Source of the DNA: an uncultured Chlamydiae bacterium
Lineage (GTDB): Bacteria > Chlamydiota > Chlamydiia > Chlamydiales > SM23-39
Assembly (NCBI GenBank): GCA_963828125.1
Contig: CAWHDP010000001.1
Location: forward strand, 224,001-288,000
Reading direction: 5' to 3'
DNA: 64,000 bases
Under the pieces are notes generated by a model. That model saw only the letters and a program-made list of their open reading frames with translations. It searched no databases and had not been told where the DNA came from. Both the position numbers and the translations under genes were made by a program. This document shows, piece after piece, positions 1 to 11,702 of this stretch; the first letter of the stretch is position 1; each line of letters opens with the position of its first letter.

Positions 1-435
1 TTCGCCTACTCCTGTCGGATCATACGTAGTATCTCCGGTGCCCGGTCCAGTTTGGGAAAACGGGGAGATCCATTGCTGGATGGGGGTGACGCTGACCGAA
101 TCGGAATCGGAAGTGCGCAAATGGGTCCAATTCAACTGCGTGTCGATGCCTGTATGGGCAAAGACGTACCGGATTCCAATGTTGAAGGCAGGCTGATAAG
201 AGGGGTGAATCGCCTTAATGCTCCAATGGGGAGTGATCAACGGGAGAAAATAGGTCTGCACCCCCCATCCCAAATTGTCGGCGGCTGGTCTCAGAAAAAG
301 GAGGCTCCCCTCGATCTCAAAACCGGGAGCCATGTTCGGCACAAAGACCTCGAAAGGGGTGTGTCCTTTTTTAGGCTCCTCTTGAGCCATAGCTACAGAA
401 GAGAGTCCCAAGACTAGAAATATATTTCGCAACAT
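1..435 (-). CDS. Outer-membrane beta-barrel/porin, Lpg1974/MOMP-like (N-terminal part; runs off window start)
   Basis: Not in the ORF track because it has no stop in the window. Manual translation from ATG 435 gives MLRNIFLVLGLSSVAMA|QEE (signal peptide), then GFEIEGSLLFLRP..., YQPAFNIGIRYVF...QLNWTH, open to base 1. Confidence 0.65.
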   Translation of the reverse strand, partial: MLRNIFLVLGLSSVAMAQEEPKKGHTPFEVFVPNMAPGFEIEGSLLFLRPAADNLGWGVQTYFLPLITPHWSIKAIHPSYQPAFNIGIRYVFAHTGIDTQLNWTHLRTSDSDSVSVTPIQQWISPFSQTGPGTGDTTYDPTGVGE

Positions 436-487
436 GCCCATTTTACCTGCCGATTTGCAACTCTTCCGTATGTTCGCCGATGGCAAC

Positions 488-3400
488 TTAATTTTCAACC
501 ACATCGGCCCCCTGGGCGATCATGGGAAGGACGTCTGCAATAGTGGGGTTCCAGTCGAGTCCTCTTTTGTAGACGATGTGTGAGGCCAGATAGCAGGAGA
601 TGACCGCTTTTTTGTGGATCTCGGGCATGGATAAAATCTCCTTTTTATACTCCTTTTGGAGAACAGGGGGGCAGTAGTGGATGAGACATTGGATGAGGGA
701 GGGATCATTCAAGTCCGTTGTCTCCAAATGGTCGAGCAGTTGATATTTGAATAGGTTGATTTTATCGGAGATCTGATTCGACAGTTCAGTGAAAAATTGC
801 CCTGTCTTCTGATGTGTTTCTACAATGAGCCGCGCTTCGTTCAAAGCGGCCTTGCCGATCAGATCGAGGATCTCCTTTACGTATTGAGTTTTTCCAGCGA
901 CAAATGCCCCCTCGCTCATACAAAGGCTTGCCAGAACCTCGAAGGAGGAGCAAATCACCCCCCCTTTATTGCATGAGCTATCGATGAAAATGAACACGCC
1001 CAGTTTTTCCAGGGCGCGTCGAGCGGCGGGGGTGAGATAGAGGTTGGCTCCTTCGACGATCCCTCGTGCCGTGGGTTTGCCGGTTTCATCGAGGAAACTC
1101 AGATAATTCGTCTCATTGAGCGTCCGCGGTCTTCCCCCTGCGGGTAGGAATACATCCGTCTTGACTTGGTGGATATTATTTCGATAGAGCTGATGCATTT
1201 CGTTGCCGGAGATCCAATCTTGGACCGCTTTTCCTTTGATCATTCGCCAAATCAAGGTTTGTTGCGCATAGGAGGTCTCTTCTCTTCGAGTCCGTAAATC
1301 AAGGAGAAAGCCCCCTTCGTGCAACTTCTCGGCAGGGTAGTTGCGGATTGGCAAGCTTTTATGGAATAGGTTTGCCATCTCTTGTAAATCGAGCCCTTTC
1401 GGATCGAAAATCGTCCCGGAGACATCGGTCAATGCAAGCAACTGCGCCGTGTTTGGATAGTATTTCAATAGATTCAAAATTTCGTTCCCAGCGACATCCC
1501 CATCGGGCCCGCCCGAAATTTTGATGGTGAACCGATCCGTTTTTGGATCGATGCCAAGAAAATGGAGCATCTGTTCTAAATAGACATTCACGCCAAAGGA
1601 GGTGACTCCGTATTCTTTGTGATTGATTCCGGCCCCAGGCTTGCCGCTGATAAACGATCGTCCCGGCTTGTAATCGTGTCTCATCGCAAAGTCGGCAATC
1701 CAGACGATCATCTCGTTAAACATGTTTTCATCGGGGCCCAAATAGATATATTCGGGCCTTTTCCAGTAATCGACGATCGATTTGGCTCGTAAGATCCCCT
1801 CTTCATTGCAGTTGACGAGGGTCACCAAACCGTCGATGAATGAGCGCTGCGAGGCAAACAGATAGTCGAGCTTGTGATCGCGCCGGTAGATTTTGAGCTT
1901 TTCGTCCCACAGAACCGGATCGATCCCGTCGGCCCTCATCTCTTTTTTATAGATCTCTTCCTCTTCGGCAAAGACCTCGAACGGTTCGAGCAAAATGGCC
2001 GTTTTTGCCCCTCCTTCGGGAATGTCCTTATTTTTTTTCTGCTGTGTATAGGCGAGGTTATAGGCTTCGGAGAAAATATTGTTCCGCTCTTGTAAATAGG
2101 CCTCCATCCGTTCTGGGATGACCGTCCGAACCCCGCCTCTGGCCAAATCTTTAAACCGGATATTGAACCCGATAAAATGCATGCCTCGAATGAAAAAAAT
2201 CCCATAAGGGAGTTCTGGAAATTTCTCTGCCCGATCGTAAGGGACATGATCCATGTATTTCGGATCGAGCCGAAAGGCAAAGGAGCTTTTGTTACGGCGG
2301 TAAAAATTGGTTTTGAGCGTGTGGTCGATCAGGTTCACCGCCTGCTTTAAGATGTTTTTTCGCCGCATATCATTGATTGCCTGGCCTGTGTCCAATTGAT
2401 CGACTGCCTCTAAAAATTTTTGCTTCAGCGTGTCATAGCGCTGCAATTCGCTCTTCTCCGGGTCGAACTTCGCCTCAAACAATTTGCAAAGCTGCACCGT
2501 CAACTCGGGATGGCGGCAAAGCCCTTCGCTGACATGATCATACGAATATAAATTGGGATCGCCATAGACCAAGACTTGATGGCTGAAACTGATTAAATTT
2601 CTCACCAAATGGGCCTCATTGCCCGTCAATAAGTAGTTGTCGGTAAAAATGGCCCCCACTTTGTCGTCGGTCTCGAAATATTTAATCAGCACAAACTCCC
2701 GCAAGAAATCATCGATGTCGGCCTCTTCCCACGCCGCCTTCCCCGTTTTCCCGTGGAGGCCTAATGAGAGGATCAAAATGGTCTCAGTGTTCGATAAGTC
2801 GATGTAGGTTCCAACTACCTTTTTGAGCGCCAGATGGTGGGAGCTGATGATTTTAGCCAGGGTGTAGAGGAATCCCGCTTTCGGCACATTCCTCCACGCC
2901 ATCACGAGTTGCAAAGAGGGGGCCTCTTTCTCTTCCCACCGCTCATTTTTCCTCACCTCGTATTGGCATTGGTCTCTGTTTTTGGCCCGGAAAAACATCT
3001 CCAACGCCAAAGAGAGCCTCTCGCCTGCCATTGAGTGGAGAAAATTTGGCGTAATTCCATGCGTCAGCGACTCGATTTCCTCATCTTTTAAATTCGGATT
3101 GTGCTCTCGCGCATGGGCAAAAAGGGCCTCTTTTTGATCGTGTTTCAGTTTCTGAAGTTTAGATAGATCGTAAAAATAGAGGAAGGCGATCCTGAGCTGT
3201 CCCGATGCATCGCCGGGCGGCGCTCCCCTAGATACAAACGCGCGATAGTAGCGAATCACATAGTTTTTAAATTTTTTAAAGATTCGCAAATCGGCGTCGG
3301 GTCCGTCCTGGCAGAGGACGATGATTTTGTGTTTGAAATAGATCGGAGTGAACCGGTCTTGCAGAGAAAAACTCATCAGGTTGCGGGCGATCAGGATTTT

Positions 3401-3547
3401 GGTCTCTTGATCGAGCGTTTCAAGAAAGCTTCTCGGCATCTGGTCGTCTAGCCATAAATAGGCATGCTCAAAGGCCTTTGTCTCAATGTCGATCGCTTTC
3501 TTCAACTCTTCCGGAGACAAAGGGGAAGGTTCTTCATTCGGGCGCAT
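488..3547 (-). CDS. gdh: Large NAD-specific glutamate dehydrogenase (GDH2-type)
   Basis: 1019 aa; motifs LARGGVR, KNKDIPEGGAK, LGPDENM, GGPDGDVAGN, EGANL. Confidence 0.9.
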   Translation of the reverse strand: MRPNEEPSPLSPEELKKAIDIETKAFEHAYLWLDDQMPRSFLETLDQETKILIARNLMSFSLQDRFTPIYFKHKIIVLCQDGPDADLRIFKKFKNYVIRYYRAFVSRGAPPGDASGQLRIAFLYFYDLSKLQKLKHDQKEALFAHAREHNPNLKDEEIESLTHGITPNFLHSMAGERLSLALEMFFRAKNRDQCQYEVRKNERWEEKEAPSLQLVMAWRNVPKAGFLYTLAKIISSHHLALKKVVGTYIDLSNTETILILSLGLHGKTGKAAWEEADIDDFLREFVLIKYFETDDKVGAIFTDNYLLTGNEAHLVRNLISFSHQVLVYGDPNLYSYDHVSEGLCRHPELTVQLCKLFEAKFDPEKSELQRYDTLKQKFLEAVDQLDTGQAINDMRRKNILKQAVNLIDHTLKTNFYRRNKSSFAFRLDPKYMDHVPYDRAEKFPELPYGIFFIRGMHFIGFNIRFKDLARGGVRTVIPERMEAYLQERNNIFSEAYNLAYTQQKKNKDIPEGGAKTAILLEPFEVFAEEEEIYKKEMRADGIDPVLWDEKLKIYRRDHKLDYLFASQRSFIDGLVTLVNCNEEGILRAKSIVDYWKRPEYIYLGPDENMFNEMIVWIADFAMRHDYKPGRSFISGKPGAGINHKEYGVTSFGVNVYLEQMLHFLGIDPKTDRFTIKISGGPDGDVAGNEILNLLKYYPNTAQLLALTDVSGTIFDPKGLDLQEMANLFHKSLPIRNYPAEKLHEGGFLLDLRTRREETSYAQQTLIWRMIKGKAVQDWISGNEMHQLYRNNIHQVKTDVFLPAGGRPRTLNETNYLSFLDETGKPTARGIVEGANLYLTPAARRALEKLGVFIFIDSSCNKGGVICSSFEVLASLCMSEGAFVAGKTQYVKEILDLIGKAALNEARLIVETHQKTGQFFTELSNQISDKINLFKYQLLDHLETTDLNDPSLIQCLIHYCPPVLQKEYKKEILSMPEIHKKAVISCYLASHIVYKRGLDWNPTIADVLPMIAQGADVVEN

Positions 3548-3588
3548 AGGCCCCTTTTATCGAAGAGGCCTATTATTTGAAAGATGAA

Positions 3589-4677
3589 TCAGTTGTGGAA
3601 GAACAGGATGACGTCGCCGTCTTTGACGATATACTCGCGCCCCTCAGAGGGGGCTTTGCCGGCCTCCCGGGCGCCGACTCTCCCTTTGTAGCGGATCATG
3701 TCGTTGAACGAGACGACCTCAGCGCGGATGAACCCTTTTTCGATGTCTGAGTGGATTTTGCCGGCAGCTTCAGCGGCAGGGGTCCCTTTTTTGATCGTCC
3801 ATGCGCGGGTTTCGATTTCACCTGTGGTGATATAGGTGATGAGGTCGAGGAGCGAAAAGGCCTCGCGGATCAGCCGGTCGAGTCCCGATTCCTTGAGCCC
3901 GAGGCTCTCCAAAAATTCTTGCGCGTCCCTTTCATCAAGCCGCGAAATCTCCTCCTCAATCCGGGCGCAGATCGGGACGATGCGCGAGCCTTCTTTAGCG
4001 GCATATTCACGAACCATTTGGACGAGGGGATTATCGAGAGCGGGCACGTCACTTTCTCCGACGTTGCAGACATACAAAACTTTCTTTTTGGTGAGAAAAT
4101 TATACTGGCGAAGGATGATTTCCTCCTCTGGATTGAGGCTCATAGCGCGCATGGGGAGGTTTTCGTTTAAATGGGCAATCGCTCTCTTCAAGAAATCGAT
4201 GGAGGGCTGCAACTCTTTTTTCCCCTTGGCCTGTTTTTCAAGACGGCCCAATGTGTTTTCGGCCATCTGGAGGTCGGCGAGGATCAATTCAAGACTAATG
4301 ACTTCGATATCGTCCAGCGGATTGACCCGGCCGGAGACATGAATCACGTTGGGATCCTCAAAACATCTGACCACTTGGACGATGGCGTCTGTCTCCCTGA
4401 TGTGGGACAAAAATTGATTGCCGAGCCCCTCGCCTTGCGAGGCCCCTTTCACGAGTCCTGCGATGTCGACAAAGCCGACCGTAGCGGGGATGATCTTTTT
4501 GCTGTGGGACTGCTCGGAGAGGGCACGTAGGCGGGGATCGTTGAGGTTGACGATACCGATATTCGGATCGATGGTGCAAAATGGGTAGTTCTCGGAGGGG
4601 ATCTGTTTGCGGGTGAGCGCGTTGAATAGGGTCGATTTACCGACATTCGGGAGCCCGACAATGGCTAATTGGGTCAT
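3589..4677 (-). CDS. ychF: Redox-regulated ATPase YchF
   Basis: GLPNVGKST, NYPFCTIDPN, DIAGLVKGAS.GEGLGNQFL, C-terminal TGS domain. Confidence 0.97.
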   Translation of the reverse strand: MTQLAIVGLPNVGKSTLFNALTRKQIPSENYPFCTIDPNIGIVNLNDPRLRALSEQSHSKKIIPATVGFVDIAGLVKGASQGEGLGNQFLSHIRETDAIVQVVRCFEDPNVIHVSGRVNPLDDIEVISLELILADLQMAENTLGRLEKQAKGKKELQPSIDFLKRAIAHLNENLPMRAMSLNPEEEIILRQYNFLTKKKVLYVCNVGESDVPALDNPLVQMVREYAAKEGSRIVPICARIEEEISRLDERDAQEFLESLGLKESGLDRLIREAFSLLDLITYITTGEIETRAWTIKKGTPAAEAAGKIHSDIEKGFIRAEVVSFNDMIRYKGRVGAREAGKAPSEGREYIVKDGDVILFFHN

Positions 4678-5162
4678 GGTTTTCTGCCTAAAAGTTGTTG
4701 TGCTAGGGTGAGATTTCCAGCGGCGAGCGCCTGCCGGATGCGAGAGGAGGAGATAGGTTCATTTTGAAAGAGGAGTTTGGGGATATATTCGACGAGGATC
4801 TTCCGCTCCTCCCCGTATTTACGGACAGCGGCCTCATTGCCTCCTTGGTGCTTTCCAAAAAGGGCGCCAGCGCCGAAAATGAGGTGGGTGAGATCGAACC
4901 GCGAGAGGAGTTCGTCATAGGGCGTCGAGGCGAGCGCAGGGGTGAAGGGGAAAACGATCACTTCATCGGCGTATGACTCTAAGAGAGCGAGCTTTTCATC
5001 CAAGGGGATGAGTAAATCGGGAGCGGGGGGGTGAAGGATCGCGCGGGGGTGATTTGAAAAGGTGAGGATCGTTGAATGGGGGAGTTCGGAGAGTCTCTGT
5101 AAGATTTTTTGGTGGCCGAGATGGACTCCGTCGAAAAAACCGATTGTGAGAGCGGTCTTCAT
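4674..5162 (-). CDS. ribF: FAD synthetase (FMN adenylyltransferase domain only; RibF N-terminal half)
   Basis: IGFFDGVHLGH and ISSSRIR motifs; ends at LLGRKP with no kinase domain; ATG 5162 overlaps the truB stop. Confidence 0.85.
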   Translation of the reverse strand: MKTALTIGFFDGVHLGHQKILQRLSELPHSTILTFSNHPRAILHPPAPDLLIPLDEKLALLESYADEVIVFPFTPALASTPYDELLSRFDLTHLIFGAGALFGKHQGGNEAAVRKYGEERKILVEYIPKLLFQNEPISSSRIRQALAAGNLTLAQQLLGRKP

Positions 5163-5857
5163 AGCCTCCTCAAGTAGGGACTCAAATCGAACTCTTTGGC
5201 GTGGAGCTGTTTCTGAGAGATACACTCCTCCAATTTAAAAGGGCCTGAACGGATCCTCGATAATTCGAATAAATGGGCGCCGCAGCCTAAAAATTGGCCG
5301 ATGTCGTGGGCGAGGCTCCGGATGTAGGTCCCTTTTGAGCAGACGACGTTGACTTCAAGCATCGGATAGTGATTAGAAAGGAGCGCGATCTCGACGTTCA
5401 CCAGCGCGGGCTGTCTCTCGATCACGATCCCTTTGCGAGCCAAATCGCATAATTTCTTCCCGTTCACTTTTTTAGCCGAGTACATCGGGGGGATCTGGGC
5501 TATTTGGCCGCTAAATGCGGCTAAGGCGGCCCTTATTTCTTCCGCTGTCGGTATTTTCTCGCTCCGCGATACGACGCTCCCTTCGACGTCGTAGGTGTCG
5601 GTCGCTATCCCGAGGTGCATCGTTGCGCGGTATTCCTTATCGCAGCCAAGAAATTCGTTGCTCCGGCGGGTGTAGTCTTTCCCTATGAGCATCACCATCA
5701 CGCCGGTTGCCAATGGATCGAGGGTGCCGGCATGGCCGATTTTTTCGACGCCCGTCAACCTGCGAAGGAGGGAGACCAAATGGAACGAGGTCGAGCCGGA
5801 CGCTTTGTCTACCAGGAGGATCCCTTTATTGCTCACGGGCTTGGCGCTCTTTTTCAA
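5159..5857 (-). CDS. truB: tRNA pseudouridine(55) synthase (start may be GTG 5836)
   Basis: GHAGTLDPLATG, PPMYSA, CSKGTYIRSL. Confidence 0.96.
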   Translation of the reverse strand: MKKSAKPVSNKGILLVDKASGSTSFHLVSLLRRLTGVEKIGHAGTLDPLATGVMVMLIGKDYTRRSNEFLGCDKEYRATMHLGIATDTYDVEGSVVSRSEKIPTAEEIRAALAAFSGQIAQIPPMYSAKKVNGKKLCDLARKGIVIERQPALVNVEIALLSNHYPMLEVNVVCSKGTYIRSLAHDIGQFLGCGAHLFELSRIRSGPFKLEECISQKQLHAKEFDLSPYLRRL

Positions 5858-6191
5858 TGTCGCCGATCATTGTCTGGATTTTCATCAGCTCCTCAATAGA
5901 GGTGTCAAGCTTAAAGGTGAGGGCCGGAAAGTAGCGGAGCTGCACTTTTTTCGCGGCATGGACGGCGATAAATCCAGCCGCAGAATTGAGGGCGGAGATC
6001 ACCCTCGATTTCTCCTCCTCAGAGCAGATCAGACTCACAGAAACTTTGGCATGATGCAGATCGGCAGAGGCGTCCACATTCGTGACTGAAACAAAGGTCG
6101 TCACATTCGGATTGCGCACCTCTTTTTGGATCACTTCAAAAATGACCTCTTTGAGGAGGGAATTCACTCTTGCGAGCCGGTTTTTTTTCAT
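5826..6191 (-). CDS. rbfA: Ribosome-binding factor A
   Basis: [24 protein letters not shown]; lies between infB and truB. Confidence 0.93.
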   Translation of the reverse strand: MKKNRLARVNSLLKEVIFEVIQKEVRNPNVTTFVSVTNVDASADLHHAKVSVSLICSEEEKSRVISALNSAAGFIAVHAAKKVQLRYFPALTFKLDTSIEELMKIQTMIGDIEKERQAREQ

Positions 6192-8614
6192 AGATCCTGC
6201 TCGAGGTAAGTGATTTCGTAGGCCTGCAAAATATCTCCCTCTTTAAGATCGCTCTGTCCATCGAGAAGAATGCCGCATTCGAACCCTTTTTGGGCCTCTT
6301 TAATGTCTTCTTTGACTCTCTTCAGCGAGGCGATCTTCCCTTTCCAAATGACCTCTTTGCCGCGGATTTGCCGGATCAAATGTTGCCGCTTAATGGTCCC
6401 TTCCGTCACCTGGCAGCCGGCGATGGTGCCGAACTGAGAAGATTTAAAGACCGCTTTGACAATCGCTGCGCCGGTATCGGTCTCTTGTTCGAGTTTATCG
6501 AGCAGCTGCCGCATCCGATTTTTCACCTCGTCAATCAGGTGATAAATGACGTCTTGGGTGTAAACAAGGACCTTGGTCTGCTTGATCAAATCATCGGCGT
6601 GGCTCTCGACGCTTGTATGGAAGCCGACGATAGTCGCCTTCGATGCGGCGGCAAGCGCAATATCCGATTCGGAGATCTCTCCCACATCGGCGCTGACAAT
6701 CTCAAGACGCACCTTACTCGAATGAATTTTCGAAAGGGAGGTCCTAAGAGCTTCCAAAGAGCCTTGTACGTCGGCCCGAAGGATGAGGGGAAGAATTTTT
6801 TTCTCTCCGCTCTCCTTCTTCGCCATCATTTTTTCAAGGCTGCCCAGTTTCGGTTTGGCGGCAGTCTCCCTTTCGGCCCCTTCTGCACGGGCGGAGGCGA
6901 GTTCGCGAGCCTCTTTTTCGTTTTTCACAACGACAAATTCTTGGCCGGCTAACGCAAGCTCAGAGAGCCCCGTAATTTTCACCGGAGTCGAGGGTCCGGC
7001 TACATCGACCGACATCCCAAATTCGTCCTGCATGGTCTTGATCCGGCCTGAATAGTGGCCGAATACGATCGCATCGCCTTTGCGCAAGGTGCCGTTTTGC
7101 ACCAGCACAGTGGCCACAGCGCCGAGCCCTTTATGCATCTCCGATTCGAGGATGGTGCCGCGGGCGCGGGAGGCTGGATTAGCGCGCAGTTCGAGGATTT
7201 CAGCTTGCAGGGCAATCATTTCGAGCAGTTCCGTGATCCCTTGACCTGTGACGGCTGAACAATTCACTGTGATCGTCGTCCCTCCCCAGGCTTCCGGCAA
7301 TAGGCCCCTATCGGAGAGCTCCCGGTAAACCTTCTGCGCATCGAAATTGGGCTTATCTGCTTTGTTCAACGCGACAAGAATGGGGACTTTGGCCTCCTGA
7401 GCTTGCCGGATCGCCTCGTCGGTTTGCGCCCGGATCCCCTCATCGCCGGCGATCACGAGAATGATCATGTCGGTGACATGGGCGCCCCGAGAGCGCATTT
7501 CGAAAAAAGCTTCGTGGCCAGGGGTGTCGAGAATCGCGACGTCGCCCGCGTTGGTCTTCACTTTGAAAGCGCCAATATGCTGGGTGATCGCCCCCGCCTC
7601 GCCAGCGGCCCTGTTCGATTTCCGGATGAAATCGATGAGAGACGTTTTGCCGTGGTCGACATGACCCATAAAGGCAACGACAGGGGAGCGGAGAACGAGA
7701 GCGTCTGGAGAAGAACTCTCGATCTCTTTGCGGATCGTCTGACCGGTGATCCGGATCCGTTCTTGCTCGGAAGTATCGATTTTGATTTGACAATCGAAAT
7801 CGTGCCCGAGGAGTTGAACGATCGTCTCATCGTCGAGATAGTCGTTCAATGTGAGAGTGATCCCTTGCATGAAGAGTTTGGCGATGAGCTGAGAGGCTTT
7901 TAGCTTCATCTCTTGAGCCAAATCTTTAATGGTGATGGGCAAACGGAGCGTTAGATTTTTAGGGCGGACGACCTCTTCTTGAACAAACTTGCGCGGTTTA
8001 TGGGCGCGCCGTTTGCGCCACGCTTCGTTATCGATGTCCCGAAGTCCCTGCTTATCGCGAGAATCAAAGCGAATCTCCTCTTTTTTCTTGCCGAGCTTGA
8101 GTTCTTTGGGGGGCTCTTTTCTCGGCGCCATTGGAGGTATTGAAGGTTTTGAGGCAATCAATGGTTTGGGGGCGGGTCTTGCCTCTACAGGCTTCGGGGG
8201 CTCTGGCTTGTTCAAATCTGCGGGCTGAGAAGAGACCTCTTGCGGCGGTTGTACGTGATCGCTTTCCGCAGACGGCTCAACAGCAGCAGGCGTCGCCGGA
8301 GCCTCTTCTTCTACAGGTTCTAGCTCCTCCTTCGGAGCTTCCCCAGGATGCGCGATGATGCGGGCCCTTTTCTTCTTGGGTAAATCGGCCTCTTTCTCTT
8401 TTGAGGCAAGGGTTTTTTCCGCCTGCTTCAGCGCGGAAGAGATCGTCGAGTCCTCTCTGAGGCGGGTGAGTTTTTTCTTAGACTCCCCCTCAGCAGGCGG
8501 CGCCGGCTCGTCTTTTTTCTTAGGCTCAACATTTCCAGACTCAGGCTCTTTCTTCAACTTAAAAGCTTCAGCGAGCTGGGTGTTTTTAATATTTAGTTTT
8601 AGATGTTTACCCAA
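6188..8614 (-). CDS. infB: Translation initiation factor IF-2
   Basis: [33 protein letters not shown]. Confidence 0.97.
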   Translation of the reverse strand: MGKHLKLNIKNTQLAEAFKLKKEPESGNVEPKKKDEPAPPAEGESKKKLTRLREDSTISSALKQAEKTLASKEKEADLPKKKRARIIAHPGEAPKEELEPVEEEAPATPAAVEPSAESDHVQPPQEVSSQPADLNKPEPPKPVEARPAPKPLIASKPSIPPMAPRKEPPKELKLGKKKEEIRFDSRDKQGLRDIDNEAWRKRRAHKPRKFVQEEVVRPKNLTLRLPITIKDLAQEMKLKASQLIAKLFMQGITLTLNDYLDDETIVQLLGHDFDCQIKIDTSEQERIRITGQTIRKEIESSSPDALVLRSPVVAFMGHVDHGKTSLIDFIRKSNRAAGEAGAITQHIGAFKVKTNAGDVAILDTPGHEAFFEMRSRGAHVTDMIILVIAGDEGIRAQTDEAIRQAQEAKVPILVALNKADKPNFDAQKVYRELSDRGLLPEAWGGTTITVNCSAVTGQGITELLEMIALQAEILELRANPASRARGTILESEMHKGLGAVATVLVQNGTLRKGDAIVFGHYSGRIKTMQDEFGMSVDVAGPSTPVKITGLSELALAGQEFVVVKNEKEARELASARAEGAERETAAKPKLGSLEKMMAKKESGEKKILPLILRADVQGSLEALRTSLSKIHSSKVRLEIVSADVGEISESDIALAAASKATIVGFHTSVESHADDLIKQTKVLVYTQDVIYHLIDEVKNRMRQLLDKLEQETDTGAAIVKAVFKSSQFGTIAGCQVTEGTIKRQHLIRQIRGKEVIWKGKIASLKRVKEDIKEAQKGFECGILLDGQSDLKEGDILQAYEITYLEQDL

Positions 8615-8617
8615 CGC

Positions 8618-9892
8618 TTAACCCTTTTTTTTGCGTATTTGTTCCAAAATCTTGTCGGCGAGATCGTAGTAGTTCACGCCAGGGACTTTGGTAGGAATAT
8701 CAGCGGGCGCGGCTTGCATGAATTTCCGCATCGTATCGTATCCTGCACTGACAAGACTCTCAATGATCAGACCGCTGACCCCTTCAATTTTCAACCGATC
8801 GTCATAGGCAGGATCTGCCGTGTCGGCAAGCTCGGCCATTTGGATCGTGAGAAGCTTCTGATATTCGCTTAATTTTTGTACGTCGATCTCTTTGCCAATC
8901 ATCTGGCCAATGAGACGGGCGTTCATCCCTTTTTTTCCAATCACTGTCGGATAATCTTCGTCCATCACGACCATCCAAACGCGATCGTCGTAGGGTCTCA
9001 TCTTGCGGACGTCTGCAGGAGAGAGGAGATTTTGCAAAAGCTGGATGGAGTCGTCGGAAAAGGGGACGACGTCGATTTTCTCGTTGTTCAATTCACGGAT
9101 AATGTTTTTAATCCGAGAGCCTCGGACGCCGACGCAAGTCCCCACCGGGTCGACTTTAGGGTCGTACGAGCGGACAGCGAGTTTCGTCCGATAGCCTGGA
9201 TCGCGGACGATTTTCTCGATGACGATGGTTTTATCGTGCAACTCGGGCACCTCTTGCTCAAACAGCTGCTTGACGAATTCCGGGTGGCTGCGAGTTAAAA
9301 TAACCTCAGCGCCGCCGTTGTCGGTGTCCCGCACTTCGAGAAGAAGGGCTTGCACCTTTTCGCCTGGATTGTACCGTTCGAGTTTCGGGTAATTCCGTTC
9401 GGGCAAGATCGCCTCGACTTTCCCCAAATCGACCACAATGGTTCGGCCGCGGATGAACCGTTTCACAGTTCCGGAGATCAGCTCTCCGGCTCTGTGGCGG
9501 TATTCTTCATAGATCACATCCCGCTCAGCTCCCTTGAGTTTTTGGGTGATGACTTGCCGCGCCGCTTGAGCTGCAATTCGTCCAAAATCTTGGGGAGTGA
9601 TGGAAATCTCCAGCCATTGGCCCACCTGGCACTCAGATTCCATAGCGCGGGCCTCTTCCAGGGAAATTTCATCAGTCGGACTCACGACTTTTTCGACGAT
9701 TTTTTTCTGCGTGAAGACCTCTATTTCACCCGTTTTCGAGTTGATTTCCACGCTGACTTTTTCGCCTAAACCCTTCACGCTTCTGCGGGCGGCAGCCTTT
9801 AGAGACTCTGCGATCGCATTGATCACAATCTCGCGCTTGATCCCCTTTTCGCGCTCTAGGTATTCAAAAATCGCAATGAGATCTTTATTCAT
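8618..9892 (-). CDS. nusA: Transcription factor NusA
   Basis: [12 protein letters not shown]1 and KH domains, [14 protein letters not shown]. Confidence 0.96.
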   Translation of the reverse strand: MNKDLIAIFEYLEREKGIKREIVINAIAESLKAAARRSVKGLGEKVSVEINSKTGEIEVFTQKKIVEKVVSPTDEISLEEARAMESECQVGQWLEISITPQDFGRIAAQAARQVITQKLKGAERDVIYEEYRHRAGELISGTVKRFIRGRTIVVDLGKVEAILPERNYPKLERYNPGEKVQALLLEVRDTDNGGAEVILTRSHPEFVKQLFEQEVPELHDKTIVIEKIVRDPGYRTKLAVRSYDPKVDPVGTCVGVRGSRIKNIIRELNNEKIDVVPFSDDSIQLLQNLLSPADVRKMRPYDDRVWMVVMDEDYPTVIGKKGMNARLIGQMIGKEIDVQKLSEYQKLLTIQMAELADTADPAYDDRLKIEGVSGLIIESLVSAGYDTMRKFMQAAPADIPTKVPGVNYYDLADKILEQIRKKKG

Positions 9893-11633
9893 CCGTAAAA
9901 TCCTCGTCTTCTCTAGAAGATTTCTTTTTCTTCTTTTTAGATTTTTGGCCGACTACAATGTCGTCTCGATTCATTTGGTTCTTTTCAATCAAATATTCCT
10001 TGATTGAGAGGGCAATTTTTTTATGTTCTGGATCGAGCTTGATCACTTTTGCGGTGACTTTGTCCTCTTTCTGGATGACGTCTTCCACTTTTGCAAAAGG
10101 CTGATCGGAGAGCTCTGTCACGTGGATCAAAGCCTCGATGCCGTTATCGAGCTGCACGAATGCGCCGAAAGCGGTCGTTTTTGTGACTTTACCATGTACC
10201 AGCGAACCCACAGGGAGGGTCTTTTCGATCGTTTCCCAAGGATTTATACTCAACTGCTTGACGCCGAGGGTGATTTTTTTGCTCTCTTTATCGACAGACA
10301 AGATCACCGCCTCGACTTTATCCCCTTTTTTGAGTACCTCTGAAGGGTGGGAGACTTTTTTAATCCAGCTCAAATCAGAGATATGGATGAGACCGTCGAC
10401 TCCCGGCTCCAATTCGACGAAAGCGCCGTAATTGGTCAGGTTGCGGATCTCGGCCACTACGCTGCTGCTCACTGGGTATTTTTTCTCGATGTCCTCCCAC
10501 GGATTGCGCTCTGTCTGCTTGATCCCCAGAGAAATTTTCCCCTCTTCTTTCTGCACGGAGAGGACAATCGCCTCGACCTCATCTCCCACATGAACCATTT
10601 CGCTCGGTTCCGTGATGTTTTTGGTCCAGGACATTTCAGAGACGTGGATGAGCCCCTCGATACCTGGCTCGATTTCAATGAATGCGCCGTAGGAGACGAG
10701 ATTGACGATTTTGCCGCGGACGCGAGTGCCTGGAGGGTATTTTTGCTCGATCTCTTCCCAGGGATTCTCCTCTTTTTGTTTGAGGCCCAAAGCGACCCTC
10801 CCTTTGTCCCGGTCGACATGGAGGATGACCACATCCAATTCCTGTCCCATATGGACGAGTTCGGAAGGGTGCTTGATCCGTTTCCAAGTCATGTCGGTGA
10901 TGTGCAAAAGCCCATCGATCCCGTCAAGATCGAGGAAGACGCCGAAATCGGTCACGTTTTTCACGATCCCTTTGCGGGAAGTTCCCTCTTGGATATTTTC
11001 TAGCAATTCTGCTTTTTTGGAGACCCTCTCTTCTTCGAGGAGCTCTCTTCGAGAGACGACGATATTTTTTCGTTCGATGTTGATTTTGAGTATTTTGAAA
11101 TCGTACGTCTTGCCGACAAAGTCATCGAGGTTTTTGATCCGCTTGTTGTCGATCTGGGAACCGGGGAGGAACGCCTCCATGCCGATATCGACCATAAGGC
11201 CGCCCTTGACCTTGCGCATGACCTTGCCCTTGACGATCGAGCCCTCTTTACAGTGGTTGACGATGTGTTCCCACTGTCTATATTTGCGGGCCTTTTCTTT
11301 AGAGAGGACGATTTGGCCGTCGTCGCCTTCAGCTGCGTCTAAATAGACCTCTGTCTCGCCGCCGAGATTTAATTCTTCCGGTTCATAAAATTCGGAGATG
11401 GGGATGAGTCCTTCCGACTTCAGGCCCACATCGACCACGACGTAGTCTTTGGTGATTTCGACGATCCGCCCTTTAAGGATCTCTCCTACGTTCAGTAGAG
11501 AGAAGGTCCCCTCTGATTCGGGTTTTTCTTTTCCGTATAGTAAGTCGCGAAACTGTCGAGCTTCGTTTTCTTGAAATTCGACGTCGTCGAGAATGTTGCT
11601 GCTATTCCAATCGTGGGTGGGGCTTTTAGACAT
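9885..11633 (-). CDS. rpsA: 30S ribosomal protein S1
   Basis: Six S1 repeats ([20 protein letters not shown]); ATG 11633 chosen for its upstream AGGAGA. Confidence 0.96.
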   Translation of the reverse strand: MSKSPTHDWNSSNILDDVEFQENEARQFRDLLYGKEKPESEGTFSLLNVGEILKGRIVEITKDYVVVDVGLKSEGLIPISEFYEPEELNLGGETEVYLDAAEGDDGQIVLSKEKARKYRQWEHIVNHCKEGSIVKGKVMRKVKGGLMVDIGMEAFLPGSQIDNKRIKNLDDFVGKTYDFKILKINIERKNIVVSRRELLEEERVSKKAELLENIQEGTSRKGIVKNVTDFGVFLDLDGIDGLLHITDMTWKRIKHPSELVHMGQELDVVILHVDRDKGRVALGLKQKEENPWEEIEQKYPPGTRVRGKIVNLVSYGAFIEIEPGIEGLIHVSEMSWTKNITEPSEMVHVGDEVEAIVLSVQKEEGKISLGIKQTERNPWEDIEKKYPVSSSVVAEIRNLTNYGAFVELEPGVDGLIHISDLSWIKKVSHPSEVLKKGDKVEAVILSVDKESKKITLGVKQLSINPWETIEKTLPVGSLVHGKVTKTTAFGAFVQLDNGIEALIHVTELSDQPFAKVEDVIQKEDKVTAKVIKLDPEHKKIALSIKEYLIEKNQMNRDDIVVGQKSKKKKKKSSREDEDFTDE

Positions 11634-11702
11634 GGGTTTTGGGTTTCTCCTGTTTATAAAAATGGCACGGCCGTCCCGCAAATGGCTTGACCGGAGACGG
11701 CT

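Noticed and set aside
52..417. Plus-strand 121-aa ORF
   Set aside because: Shadow of the minus-strand signal-peptide-bearing porin-like frame.
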